Below are positions 24,415 through 37,808 of a stretch of 64,000 nt of DNA, in pieces. Numbering within the stretch: position 1 is the stretch's first letter; every line of letters starts with the position of its first letter. The notes under the pieces were generated by a model. The model was given only the letters and a program-made list of their open reading frames with translations. It did no database searches and was not told the DNA's origin. The DNA is from Trypanosoma brucei (Eukaryota): contig CH464491.1 in NCBI GenBank assembly GCA_000002445.1, forward strand, positions 5,088,001-5,152,000, read 5' to 3'. The position numbers and the translations under genes were made by a program.

Positions 24415-27400
24415 CAAACAGTACATATTCCGGGTGACGCCGGCCACTCCATCGTGGTTCCAGGGTCTAGTACTCCGTCCAGGAGGGAGCCAAGTGGCCG
24501 CATTAAACAAGGTCCGACAGGATTGGGGCGTGCAATAGGTTTTCGGCGACCAGGGAAGGAGCAAGCAGAAGCATCGGCACTCTGAGGTGAAGAAATATAT
24601 TATACTTCCCTCTGCATGTGCGAGCGTGCATCCATTGGGACACATAGGCTTTTACTCTTCTTAGCAGAGATGTGAAACAGAGTGCCGGTCCCGTCACTTG
24701 TAGAGCCCAGTAGAACTCTGGGGGTATCTCACATGCGAAGCGGATAGCTTTAGAGAAGAAGCTCCATGAGGACATGGTTTTATTTTCTTGCAGGAGGGAC
24801 ACTTGGCCTCGGTGGCGCGTGCCGCATTAAAAATAGGTGGATACCAATACATGGGGATAGCACGTTTTATACATGGTTTTGGGGTTTTAAATCTAGTGAG
24901 AGATGGCGTGGGATTCATCCAACGTCCGAAGGAGGAGGGTCTGCCGAAAAGAGCCTTGGCAACACTGATGTTTTAATCTGATCTTATGTTAACTATAAAA
25001 ACAGCTTACGTCCCACAGAAGAACAATAGTACTATCTCCACGCTTGAGAACCTTGAGAGCTCACCTGGATCACTAATAATAAGATCAGATACAAACGCAC
25101 ATCACGAGTTATGAGACCAGCTTCGCACAAATGATATTGCAGAAAAAAGTGCTGTAGACTGGTGTTTACAAAATGATATCAAAATTGTAAATGATGGCAC
25201 ACCAACGAGAAGAATGGCTCACATGGCAACAATGCCGTCTCCCGACGTCACGATGTACAGAGACTGTGAAGTCACAAGATTGGATAGAAGGCTCAGTCCA
25301 GATAGTGACCATTACTGGATAACGTTTGAGGTGTGTGTTGGCATTGGTGTATAAATGATCACCATCACCAAGCCGTGAGGGGAGTTGTATACTTAGAGCA
25401 AAGAAAATTGGCGGTAGTTTAGAAAAGTGTGTGATGTAACTATGTTGAAAAAATTAAGGAAATCGAGAAAGTGCGTGGATGCCATCAATGAAGAAGTGAC
25501 TAAAAGCATTCGAACAGCAGCAAAGAAAATCATACCGAATAGTTAAGGAAGTATCGTCACAGTTCTAGACACGATAACTGACAGAAGTTGACACAAAAAT
25601 AAGGGAATCTACAAATGAGAAGCAAAGAGAGATGCGCTTATATACAAGAGAAGGAAGGTCCTCGCCGACGCATCCTTAAAATGGTGGAAGGAAAATATGT
25701 TTAAGATGTTAGTGACCGATACAAAATGTTGGAATTTAGTTAACTCCATGTATGCACCGAGATCACTGACATCTCCTGTTCTGGTAGTGAATGACCACCA
25801 TCTAACACGCAGAAAGTAAGCTAATAAGCTGGAAAATGTATAGAGAGAGATCTGTTGACAAAAGCACCAGATGATCCTCCTATGAGTATAGCATATTGAG
25901 TAAGCGGAGAAATCGCACAAATAACGATGACAAAACTTGAGACAGAACTGAACGAACTCTTTTCAAGCACTGCCCCCTGTAAGGGAAATATACATTGTGA
26001 ACAGTTGAAGCAATTATGCCACTGTAGCAAGAAATGCGTCACAAGCTTTTAAACTGTAGCCTACAGAAACACCGAGTGCAGGAAAAATTAAAGCAGGGTG
26101 TTTTTATCTCACTACTCGAACCCAACAAACTCGCCAAGTGTGTGCTGTCGTTCCGGACCATCACGCTCACTAGCACACTCTGTAAACTCAAGGAAAGGAT
26201 TATATTGAGATTAATATGACACACAGTAGAACGTAGGCTACAACCACAGCAAGTTGGCCTTTTTCCAGGGAGGTCTACGTTAGACGCTGTAATGACACTC
26301 ACAGACTTAGTGAAACATAGAGTAGCAGGAGAGACAACTGCCGCTGTATTCATGGGTTATGCGAGAGCATTTGACTCTGTGGATCACAGGCGCGTATTAA
26401 ATGCATTAAAAAGATACGAGGTAGACATGCACCTCATTGCATTGGTTGCAAACTTTCTGGAGGGATGGACTGCAGTAGTACGAATAAGCAACACCTTCTC
26501 AAAGAAAAAAAATACAGCTCACATGTGGTATTTCACAAGGGTCCGTGTTGGGGTCGTTGCTATTCATTATCGCAATGGCCTCCCTCATAGCGAGATTAAA
26601 TGTCATACCAGCCCTTAAATACTGATTTCTTGACAGATGAAATCACGATAGTATGCTCTAACAGCGACAGAGAAGCTATTCAGCAGAAGGTACAACCAGG
26701 ATTAAGTTGTATAGCGAACTGGTCAGCGAAGCACTATGTGGAGGTGTATGCAGAAAGATGGTGGTATACGTTCTTTGTGGTGAGAGAAAGAGACTCATTA
26801 AACCTAAAGCTGGGACAGTACAGGTTAAATTAGACGAGAAATCCCAGACCCCTTTAAATGATAATGCAGCCACACAAAAATGTAATCAAACATACTCACA
26901 CCCTACAAACAAAAGCAAATATGAGATTAATGAAACTAAGTGTTGTTGTATCACATGAATGGGGGCGAGTAAAAACGGCGTCTGAGCATCTTAATTAGCC
27001 TTATTCCAGGCGATGTTATGCTATGGTATCGCAGTATGATGATTCAATGCTTCTCCTTCAGAAAAGGAGAACCTTGAACAAGTACAAGCGCAGGCGTCAC
27101 ATGTCATCGCGGGGATTCCAAAGTATGTGAATCGGGAAGATATTGTGAATGAGGCCCGTTTTCACACGATAGATAATATTGCTCACAGACAAGCAATAGA
27201 ATACCATTTAACAAGGAAGGCAAACGGTAAGGGATTAGCCAATACAGTGGAAAAAATGTTCCCACCCGGTCATCCTATACACGCAACTGCATAGTGTGTC
27301 GCACCTGTATGTGGAAGTAGACAGACCTGAGAAACCACACACGGCAAGCGTATTGTAACTAGTGAGGAGACCTTACGTCAACACCATAACATCAGGTGGT

Positions 27401-28200
27401 CTTCATTCTGACGCTTCTGGCAGAAAGAAAAATTAACACACATTGCAAAGAGTAGATAGATTCAGACTACGATCATCAAGTGTGGACGGGTCAGTTGGTG
27501 ATACTGAACGAATCATCTGGTGCCGGTGCGAAAATATACTCTAGACAAGGTAAAGCGGAAAAAGTGAAGAAAGGGGCAGGAAGGTTAGCGTGCAGCTACA
27601 GAGCATAGTGTGTAGCCATGGAGGCAAGACTTATGAAGCTTAAGTCAGTAACAAAGATCAACGAGAGTAAAAACCGAAAGTGGCAATATTTACAGACTTG
27701 TTATGTTTATTAATGGCACTAAAAAAAGGTTCTGAGGTAGTGACGGATTCCATATTCTGGCGCATATAGAATCTGATCATACACTTCATGAAACTTCGAG
27801 TAGACATGTCGTTTCAGTTTGTATTTTCATATTGCGGTATCCCGAGAAATGTTAAATTGGACGAGCTCGCAAACAAAGGAAACCACATGCCGTCAATTTG
27901 TAGTTCACAGATCACCAACATTGTCACAGGTATAACGCGCCAGTTATGTAATTAAGCACAATGTGACTTTGCGGAAGGCTGAGACCTAAGCACACACCGC
28001 AGCGTTTTACTAAACCATATACAACAAAAACAAAAAAATAAGGAGCTAGATTGTGAAGTTGAGTCAATGTTAGCTCAATTTAGAACAGGGACTCCAAAAC
28101 ATTTTGGATGGTTACATAGGGTGATCATAAGAACAGTTAACAAACTGGAGTGTAGATGGTGTGCAAAACACACGGAGAGCATTCTCAATACTCCCTAACC
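24415..28200 (+). mobile_element. Degenerate ingi-related non-LTR retroelement (DIRE-like)
   Basis: The 5' end resembles the start of the ingi copy at about 53580 (cggccactccatcgtggttccagggtctagtactccgtcc…ggagggagccaag). Endonuclease-like ALKIGGYQYMGIARFIHGFGVLNLVRDG is at 24790-24980. RT-like FMGYARAFDSVDHRRVLNALKRYEVDMHLIALVANFLEGW is at 26292..26618. The element is riddled with stops. Confidence 0.65.
26292..26618 (+). pseudogene. Reverse-transcriptase fragment of the DIRE-like element
   Basis: Its motifs parallel the ingi RT at 55480-55640 (AVFFDYAKAFDTVDRDKIAREMHRMKVSPHIVKWCVSFLGNRAG). Confidence 0.6.
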
Positions 28201-28302
28201 ATATTACATTACAACAACAGGTCACTATCATATACATCTACTATTTTTTCACTTTTTTCATTTTTTTCATTATTTTCAAATAATCGAAAAGGTTTTACAA
28301 AC

Positions 28303-28318
28303 GTGTTAAAATACATCA
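28303..28318 (-). promoter_or_regulatory. VSG 3'UTR 16-mer variant
   Basis: gtgttaaaatacatca, 3' of the VSG stop at 28392. Confidence 0.5.
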
Positions 28319-28391
28319 AATTTTACCAAATTTAATAAATTTACAAAATTGAGAAAAAATATTCAAAATACATTAATCCTTATAATGCTAC

Positions 28392-29744
28392 CTAACTCAC
28401 AAAAGGAATAGCAAAAATAAAAAATTTCTTATTTGGAGCAAAACTGGACTCTTTGCATTCTTTTCCTTCCCATTGGCAACCATTTTCTTCACAGTCCTTC
28501 TTTTTTTTGAGCTTGTCGCATTTTTCCGTTTCTGAACCTGACGGTTTTGCTGTTTGGGCGCTGTCCACCGGCAACGGTGCATCTCCTGAAATTGCCCGCA
28601 GATACGCTGACAGTGCTGTTTGTTTGAGGTTTACAACTGCCCTATAAATTTCTCCATTAGCAAGAGCGTTTGTTTTGGCTTCTTCCACCTTCTGTTCTGC
28701 TGTTTCGAGCGCTTCGAGCCACGGTATAGGTGTGTGCCCGTCCGCTGGTGTGGGTTTGTAATAGACGCAGAGACCTTGGGCGCCGCCGTTGCATTGTTTG
28801 CTGTCCTCTGCACCTAGTATGTTACCTTCGGCTTGTGTGTTTTTGCCATTCTTCTTCAGGGCTGCTAGAAATGTTGCCCTGGCCGCTGCAGCCGCTGCTG
28901 CGTTGAATTTTACTCCTTTTGCCTTTGGGCACTTTTCTAGCAGCTTGCCGTACGCTGTCGCCGCGGCGTTTGGGTTTGTGTACTGAACGCTCGCCCCCAC
29001 GTTTGCCCCCGTGCACTCTTCCCCATTGCCGCCGTTTGCTGCACAGAGACAGACGAAGTCGGCTGCGAGGCTGGCGCCTGAGTTTTGGCTAGTCGGGTTG
29101 CTGCCCCCGCATGCTGAATCTCCAGTTGATGGGAATGGCTTGTCAGCGTCACTTGTTAGTGCTCCGCTCTCGCCAAACAGCACTTTGTTTTGGAGATCTT
29201 TTATTGCTGTGGCCGTTATTTTAGGTTTGAGTTCTTTCTGCTTTTCAAGTGCCAGCTCTAGTGTCCGGTTTATAATCGTCGCTGCGACGTTCCTTTCATG
29301 GCTTGGCCCGGGGTGCATTAGCTTTACTTCGTCGATCACCGTGTCGCCCTTGTCGATTAATTTTTTATTTTTTTCCCACGTGTCTCTGTTGCCCTTCCAG
29401 TGTTTTGATTCCTGAGCTTCGTCTGGTTTTTGCTCGAAAGAAAGTTTGTAGAAGCTTTCTGGCGCCACCGAAAGATTGAGCTGTTTTATAATTTCTAGGA
29501 TCGCTGGGACGCTTTCACCTTTTTCCTCCGTGTCGACGTCAGGCGGAGAAGACGCTATACTAATTACTGCTGAAAGAGCATCGAAAACTATGGCATTGTC
29601 ATTGGCCGCTGCCGCTGATTTGTCCGCTGTGGGGGCTAAAATTTCGATTATTGTGGCTACTTTCCTGAGCATGTCTTTGGTTAATTGTTGTCGATGAGAG
29701 AAGACTATGGCGAGGGCTAGAGTTTCTCGGTCTTGGTATTTCAA
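28392..29744 (-). pseudogene. VSG lacking start codon and signal peptide; body and GPI signal intact
   Basis: 450-aa VSG-like ORF that begins at TTG (no in-frame ATG; stop 30 codons upstream). C-terminus …CDKLKKKKDCEENGCQWEGKECKESSFAPNKKFFIFAIPFVS*. Confidence 0.7.
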
Positions 29745-31289
29745 ACAGATTTCAGTTGTCGTCCCTACTTTAAATACTGATACCGCTGCCTCTGCCGCGT
29801 CTCCAGGTTTCCTTTGGGAAAAAGTGTTTGCTTATAGCTAGCCGAAATGCTCCACTACATTGAACACGTTGGATGCAAGTTGGGGCCAGCGGTTGTGGTG
29901 AACCCATCAGCTCGCGGTTGCACATACGCGGCCTCTGTGGCCCCTGTATCCAGTGTACACGTCTCCGTTTCTGTGTACTGTAGCTTTGTGAGACGTGCTT
30001 GCTGCCTTGACTGCTTAAAGCGTGTTCTTTCCATTTGTATTAACGACGCCGCACAGACACCGCTTGTCATCCATTTTTTTGCATATGCCCAAATCGCCTC
30101 CGTTTCTTTTCCCTCCTCCATCGGCTCTAAAAGACGTATATGAACCTTGGAAACCTTTGTTATGATGCTTTGTGACGAACACTAGGACCTGCCAGTAGAT
30201 TTAAAGCCACGGTCTTGGTTTTCACTGCAGTTGCATACTTTTCTGGGTGAACTAAAACTGTCTTTGGAGTTTGTCATGAGGGCCCCACACAGGAACCCTA
30301 AGTTATTTTTCAATCTTAGTTCCTTGGCGCGCAGCGAGCTTAGCCCCGTATTCTATGTATTTTATTCTTCTGTTTGTTTGCGTACATTTTGAGCATTGAG
30401 AAGGACTAAGTTCCACTTTTTTCCTATGGACTAATTGCAATTGAAAAATGCAGACTTTTACTTCTTCAATTTTTACAATGCATTTCTACGTTTGTCTAGT
30501 ACATATTGCTTTCTTTTTAGTTTAAAGGTATCGAAATCTGTTAGTAATGTGAAATAATTATATGAACTAATATTTTTAATACTTTGTATTTGTTAAAATG
30601 AACTTAATTGCACTCTTTTAAACACCTCATTGTCAATACACTAAATTTTCCATTTAAGGTGCGGTTTTAAAAAGCAAGTGGTTAACTTAGTTCTAAAAAA
30701 AACGAAAAGCTTTCTTCTTCGTAATAACTTTACTAATTTGGCTGCTTGTTTTTTCACCAACACTAAGTGTCTCTAAACTATCTGATGATGAAACGCTTTT
30801 ATTTCTACTTTTATGTTGCAGGTTTGATGCATTATTTTTCTTTCTCCTAACACTTCTAAATTTGGTTCTTTTTTTGTTTCTTCTTCAGAGCGATAAACTC
30901 TGATAAGTGTTGTACTTGTGAACAAAATGTAAGTCTTTTACAGATGAAGTATCTGTAATAGATTGCTCTATATCAGTTATTAAGAACAAAAGTGAAATAA
31001 TGCGTCCTTCCAGGATTTCTTGGAAGCGGACTCGAAGTGAAACTCTTAAGTGTCTTACACTTATACTGCTTTTTTGTATTAAGTATTGAGGCTTCATTTT
31101 CCCGTGCATTTGTTTGGCCCTCTTCATCACCCTCTTCTCTATCTTCTTGCCCGTGAGGCAGCGCGTCGTTATGTTTCTTTTTGAAAGTGCACATACTCCA
31201 TCTCCCTCTCTTTTTCGCTTACTTACTCCCATTGTATCCTTGCCACTACTTCGAGTGCTTTATTTTTATATGTTAATTTAGTCTCTATT

Positions 31290-31370
31290 ATTACTCTTAT
31301 TATGGTATCAGTATATATACACTCACAACATACTCCTATTATTATCATTATCATTATTATCATTATTACA
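31290..31370 (-). repeat. 70-bp repeat unit
   Basis: tatggtatcagtatatatacactcacaacatactcctattattatcattatcattatt. Confidence 0.7.
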
Positions 31371-31689
31371 AGCCTAACTAATATAAAAAAATAAGAAAAA
31401 TAAACATAATAAACAAAATTGGATAGCACAATATTTCATGCTCTATCACCATACTACTTTAAAGTAGTATGCCACTGTCGTATCACAATTTCATATTTTG
31501 GAGCTTTTAAAAATTCGCACATTTAGCGAAGGGTTAACAAACGTTTTAAAAATATGTCCAACTTTAAAAAATTAAAAAAATATCTGGTAACAAAAAATAT
31601 CATACATTTTATAATATTTCATAAAATTGAGCAAAACCATTTTACCAATATTTCTAAAATTGTTGTGCTAGAAGCAAAAATGCAAGAAA

Positions 31690-33152
31690 GAGAGAAGCCT
31701 TAACTGGAAAAGAATTTCTTCCTGTGGTGTTTGTAGATTTTTCTTCATTCTCCACTTTCACACCCCCTTCCGTATCTTTAGCCTCGCACTTTCCTTTTTT
31801 TCTGTGCCTTTCCATTCACATTTATCGTCTTTGCTGCAGTCAGCTAGATTGCTTTTGCTGCTGCAGACAGATGACAAGGTTTTCTGGCCGGCATTTATTT
31901 CCGGTTTGCTCTTGCTGATTAGGGTTTTCTGATGCTGCAAATAAGTCAATGTCGCTACGGCGTCGCCGCCAGTTGCAAGATCTTTAAGGTTTCCCTCCAC
32001 CGTTGCATCACCTAACTTGAAGCCAATCGTGATCTCTGCTAGTGGGTCAATGAATTTTTTTTGGATTGTCGAGTCGGTGTCCTCTAATATGTGTTTTGCT
32101 GCTTTTGCTTTGGTCTCGGTGCCTGCCTCTGCTGCTGGTGTTGTGCCTGTAAGGGTATTTGCTATTTTTACCATAGCTGGGTCTTGTGCTAGCTGTTTCC
32201 CTGTTTGTCTGCTTGGGGCTTGTTGTGTTGGTATTGTTACTTGTCTGGCCGCACATAGCAGACCCCCTAGTTCGCCTGCCCCTACGAAACCCCAGGGGTA
32301 TTCATCCTCTTTTTCCTTACAATTGTGGTCAGTTCCCTTTGCTTTTACTACCGGTGTCTTTTGCGGTTGTTTTAGTTCCGCTAGCGTTTGTGTTTGGATT
32401 CCCGCACCTGTTGTTTTGCTCCCCATCGAGTTGGCGTTCTCCGCACATGCTGGGCCGTCCGTTAGTGCTTTTGCTGCGCTGGCGACGTCGCCGATTCCGC
32501 GCACTACTGAAGTTACAGCTGGTGCTTTAAACTCGTCATCGGCTGTGAATGGAAATTCCTGAGCTGCAGTGAATTCCGCTGCCGCATTCTGCTGTATGTC
32601 TGGTGTTTCTGCTAATCCCTTGCATGGGTCATTTGCAGCTGCTTCGGCTGCTGCTGTTAAAGTGCACTGGAGAGTGTCGCTGGCTCCCAGCCACTTGTTG
32701 CTTGGGTTGGCGTAGGCGGTTGCCGTTACCTTGAGTGGTTGTGTTGGCGTCCTGTATAGTAGGAGTTTCAGATTAGCGTTCCGGCACCTCAGCTTGTCTA
32801 TTAAAGTCCTTATTCTGTTTTCTTCCTTGCTTATGTCGCTTTCTTGTTTCTGGAGCCTGCTTGTCGTTAGGGCGTGCAGCGCTGTGTACGTTAGCGCGGT
32901 TTCTGGTTGACTTGCTCGTGCGGCTGCGAGTTGATAGACAAGCGCCTCTTTCCTCAGAGCTTGTGTGTCTCCTGTTGCTGCACTAAGCATGCTTTCGAAG
33001 TGATCTATTATCTTGTTGTTGTATTCTATTTACTTGCATGTTGTGGACGCCGCTGTTACTGCCTTGTCACTCGCATCAACTATCCCTTGCGACCTTATAA
33101 GCAATGCCACAATTATTGCGATTGGGGCTTCTGCCTTTTGGCGAGTATACAT
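31690..33152 (-). pseudogene. VSG pseudogene (frameshifts at both ends)
   Basis: 410-aa body ORF 31758..32990. The signal peptide MYTRQKAEAPIAIIVALLIRSQ… from ATG about 33150 is in another frame and hits TAA. The GPI block …EKSTNTTGRNSFPVKASLFLAFLLL* at 31690..31757 is shifted relative to the body. Confidence 0.7.
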
Positions 33153-34014
33153 CCGTTTCGCTACCTATGTCTACCCTGTTATTTTCTTCTGCTTAACGTC
33201 TTATTTGCCCTTTAGGTCCTTGCGTTTAATCTTCAGCAGGTGACAGTGTGGAAGTTGCGCTGGCAACAATTATACTGCGTCGCATTGCACTGCTGTTATG
33301 ATGGTTGGTCATTCTGGACATTTAAGCTGGTAGTCGTTCCATTTAGTATTTCCCTGATGTTGGCTGGCGTTGAACTGTTATAGTGCCGTAGTTGCAGTGT
33401 TACAATGACAACATTTTAAAAATAACCATAAATTTTAACCCAACACCCTCTCCCCCTTTCCATTTTTTCCTTTTCATTCTGTCTATTAAGTAAAAATCCC
33501 TGTACACTCTATTAATCACTTGTTACTGTCGTTGACGTTCCACTTCCAACTTGAATTCAACATAAGGCTAATAACCACGGATTCAACAATCATTTCAGCC
33601 GTAGCCTCTACCCTTTTCTTTTTGAAATATAGGACACAATCCTCTCTTCTTGAGCAACCATTTTTCTTGTTGTCTTCTTTGCCGTGTACCAGTTGTTTCC
33701 CTCAATTTTTTCCTTTTGTTATGTATTTTTACTATTTTTTGAGGATGACTCGGCGCCATTACCTGGTTTACAAGCTGCACTCCGTTTATACAGCACTACA
33801 ATTTCATTAACTACATTATATCATGGTTGTCTACACTATTATCGTGTTTAAATTCACGCGTATTCAATCGTCTTCTCTCTTATTTTCTCTTTAACCGTTA
33901 GCACATGTAATATTCCTTATTTACTATACCCCCTCTCATTCACTTACTCCATTTGTACCCTTGCTATTGTTTTCACTGCTTAATTTTACCAACGCATTTG
34001 GTTTTAACCACAAC

Positions 34015-34075
34015 TCTCATTATACTATTTGTATATACACACTCACGACACACTCTTTTATCATTATTATCATAA
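34015..34075 (-). repeat. 70-bp repeat unit (short)
   Basis: ctatttgtatatacacactcacgacacactcttttatcattattatcat. Confidence 0.65.
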
Positions 34076-34349
34076 CTTTAACAAATTTCCATTAAAAAAT
34101 AAATAACCAAGGCATAAAATTAGAATAGGACTCATTTTCCATGCCCCGTCGCCATACTACTTTACACCCATATTTCACTTTCATACAGATTTTCATAAAA
34201 TTTTATAATTTTTAAAATTGTACATATTCATCAATAAGTGCTAAAATATATAGCACATTTTATTAATTTTATAAAAATTTTTTACAATAGCAAATCTCAT
34301 AAAATTTAGATAAAATCTTTTAGAATTCTCAGAATGCCATCGAACTCAC

Positions 34350-35853
34350 AAAAAGTAGCAGCCATACTCAGAGCCAATTTTGTTATTTACAAGGAAACTG
34401 GAATCTTTACACTTGCTATCACCCCATTTGCAGTTTTCAGTGTATTTTTTCTGTTGTTTACCTTTCTACCTGAAGAAGTTTGTGTCTTTCCTGCTTCCCC
34501 TGTTTGAGTTGGTTGTTCTTCTGCTGTCGTATTCAATTTGCAGTGTTTTCCATCCTTGTCATCAGGTCCTTTCCATTCGCAGGTTGGATTTGCTTGTTTA
34601 CATGCTGCTGCCGTTTGTATTGCTTCGCAGTTTGTCTGCGCCTTTTTAGCCTCTGAATTTTTGTCTCCGCTCGCGGTGTTGGTTGGGGTTGGGACACTGG
34701 GGATCAGTTTCGACAGCTTGGCCTGTGCTTCATCTAGGTTTGTAAGTTTTGTCAATTTTTCTGTGGTGACTGTAGCTTTCTGATTGTATTCGCTACGACT
34801 CCTCAGTTGAATCACTACTGCACTTAGCTTCTCGATCCATTTTACTTTGTCTTTTGTTAGTTTGCTGTCTCTGGCCGCAGTCGCAATTTTTACGCAGGCG
34901 GCGTTGGCATTGCCGTTGCAACCAGTGCTGTTATATGGTCCAATATAGGCGTCCGTTCCTTTCACAGTTATTGCAGTTTTTGCTGAATCTAGTGCTGTCT
35001 CGATTCTTGCCGCTGTTACTGGTGCGTTTTTTATAACCGGGCATGCTATCCGGACGTTTTTCCAGTTTACCGTTGAAACTATGCCGCCCGCCTGCCATTT
35101 AGGTTGCGTCGTCGTGTCGGCGCCGCAGGGGTGGACAGAACTTTTGGTGTTCGCTACTCCTCACACTCATGCGAAAGTTGCTGATACAGTTAATGTGGGA
35201 TTGGTCGCAGCACCACAGCCGCACACCGTTCTGTAGCCTGCTTTGCTCCCCGTTTACAGTTTGTTACCCTCTGCCGTGTCGTCATAGTCTTCTGAACCGC
35301 CATATAGCGCTGTTAAAAGTTCACCTTTAATTTTGCCGTCTTCGTCTGGGGCCTTGTTATTGGCTTTTTAAAAGTTTGAGTAGATTTCAAAAGCCGTTTC
35401 TGTGTACGCTGCAACTGCCGCCCGTATTTGGCCTTTGGTCGCTTCGGTAACGTGTTGAAGGCCGAGGCGATCCATGAGATTTTTTTCTGCTCCATTTTCC
35501 TGCAGTACCTTTTCTGCGTCGGCCCAGACTTGCCCTTTGTCTGTCCACTCAACCGGGAAACTTTCGCTTGGTTTGGCTTTTGGTTTTTTGGCCGCTCCTT
35601 CGCCTTGTGGTGTGAAAAGTTTCCGCCAGGCTGGGTCCGCTAGTGACATGTTTAATTTGTAGAGTTCTAGTGGCGGCTTCGGGGCGTCAGCGAGGGCTGG
35701 TCTGAATGTTACAGGTGCATCGCCTAGTCGGAGGGAGGGGCAAAGTAGCGCTCCGAACACGGCGTTTTCGCCCGCATCTACAGCGGCTGCTTGTCTTGAC
35801 AGTGTGTCAGTCGGTACGAAAAACGCTATAGCCAAGATCGCCGCTTTTTGCAT
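34350..35853 (-). pseudogene. VSG pseudogene (frameshifted mid-gene and at C-terminus)
   Basis: 35368..35853 has the ATG and MQKAAILAIAFFVPTDTLSRQAAAVDA signal. The C-terminal half 34387..34965 ends in frame at …IASVKIPVSL*. The true C-terminal domain ENCKWGDSKCKDSSFLVNNK… reads in the adjacent frame. Confidence 0.75.
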
Positions 35854-37479
35854 TTAAGAGTTTCTGGTCTTGTTGTTTTATTTCTTTGGTTGTGGTTTAA
35901 AAATAACCGATTGATAGGGGCTATGGGGGGAGTATGTTGTTTTTGTTTATGGCTTTGTGTGTCACCATCACTCGGGTACTTGCGAGAATGTTTTCGGGGT
36001 TAAATAGTGTGTTTCAGCTAATTCAGTTGTCTTGTCAAGTTTAGTTGGTATTTGCTTTATTATACAACGACCTTCGCTGCATTTGTTGCTGAACTTTTTC
36101 ACCTTTAGTACAGCCACGGTTTTACAGTTTTTCAGTTATTAGACTGCGCTGAACTGTTGGGGGATACCCATGAACAGCAATCACCTCCTAATTCCCTTTG
36201 TGCATCAGATTGTTAAATTTTGTTGCAACTCTTTTGGAGTCTGCTTTTCTTTCACTTACTGCCGCTGTTTCTTGCTTCCTCCCGTTAAAGTTTTATTTGG
36301 TTTACGGTTTTTCTGAGTGTTTTAACAAACTTGTAAAAAAGCACGCACTACTGCCGAATAAAACGCAACATTTATTCCAACCTATACCATTAAACATATT
36401 TATATAAAACACTTTTCATTTATGGATTCAAATAGATTCCATATGTCGCTAACTTGCATACTAGACTTTGAGTTGAAATAAACAAGTTTGTCCGTTTTTA
36501 CCCGTGTTCACGATTGGCATATTACTGCTGCTCAGCATTACATCCAGATGTATTTTGGCGCTTGAGTATTGGTAATTTAGAGTCAGCTTTCACGTTTTTC
36601 GTCTATTTAGACTTCTTTATTGTTTCCATTGAACAATTACCTGTCTTTCTCCTAATAGTTAGTGACTTGTCACTACTTGTAGGTTGTACGGTATCTCTAT
36701 GCAAGATAATAATTTTGAGGGACCAGCCACTACTTCTCTCTACTTAATAAAGACTTTACAAAAATTAGTATATGTGCTATTTTAAGAAGTTTCCGTGTGT
36801 TTATACTAATTTTTCTTCCTGAGGTACACAAATACTTGTCTTAGTATTAAAATAATCTCCTGATATTATTATATTATATCCAAAAAACTTTGTCTGTTAG
36901 TATTACATCTGAGAAGAAAAATTTGATATTAATTTTCACTTAAAAATTCCCTCCTCTTTTTCTTTTCTTCCTCAGCTTCTTAATCACAGTTGGATATTAG
37001 GATTCTCAATCACGTTAAAAATTACAGTCCCAGTCAATAAAGCTGCTTCTAGTCTAAAAATTTTTAAACGAAACACGTAGCAACACCGGATACTTTCCGT
37101 CTTCCTAATTTATTACTTTTTCTTTGCTGCGATACCGTGTATTCTGTCATTTTGTTCCTCGTTATGTTTCGAATTTTCTATACTCTGTTGTTCTATCAGA
37201 AAATGGCTTAGCTAATACAGTTTAGTTGTACACTGCATTCTGTCTCTTTCTCATATACCTATTCATAGTATTGTCGTGTATGATGTTCCACACATCTTCT
37301 TTGTGCTTGAAATTAAGAAATCCTACCTTCTCTTTTTATTCGTCTATCCGCACTTCCTTTCATATTATTTCTAGTTCTCTCCCACTCCCTTTCTCACCCA
37401 CTCACTTACTCTTATTTCACCTTGTCATTGCTTTAAGTGATTCTATCTTGTCAGTCTACTGGGTTTTAATTACGACTAT

Positions 37480-37550
37480 TATAATATTCGTATATACACA
37501 CTCACAACACTCTCTCCTATCATTATTATTATTATTATTATTATAACCCT
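37480..37550 (-). repeat. 70-bp repeat unit
   Basis: ctattataatattcgtatatacacactcacaacactctctcctatcattattattattatt. Confidence 0.8.
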
Positions 37551-37808
37551 AACAATACCCATGAAATAAACGGAATAGTAAATAAACCGAATTAGAATAG
37601 CATTCATTTTTCACGCCCTCTCACACTAATAATTTATATTTATAGATCACTATTATGCAAAACATTTATATTTCAAATTCTTAAGAATGTATCTATTTTT
37701 TTCATATTCACCACAGAAATCTCAAAATATATTAATTTTAAGAAGATTGTAGCAAATGTTACAAGAAGTTTTCATGAAATTGAACAAAAAACATTTTTAA
37801 AAACTTAA

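Noticed and set aside
28392..29744. TTG/GTG-initiated N-terminal extensions reported by the ORF track (8117..9595, 40670..42265, 49947..51398, 28392..29744, 54860..57400)
   Set aside because: Alternative starts are a bacterial translation-table artefact. For the trypanosome genes I used the first in-frame ATG preceding a hydrophobic signal peptide (9565, 42091, 51353). Where none exists I flagged the gene as lacking a start.
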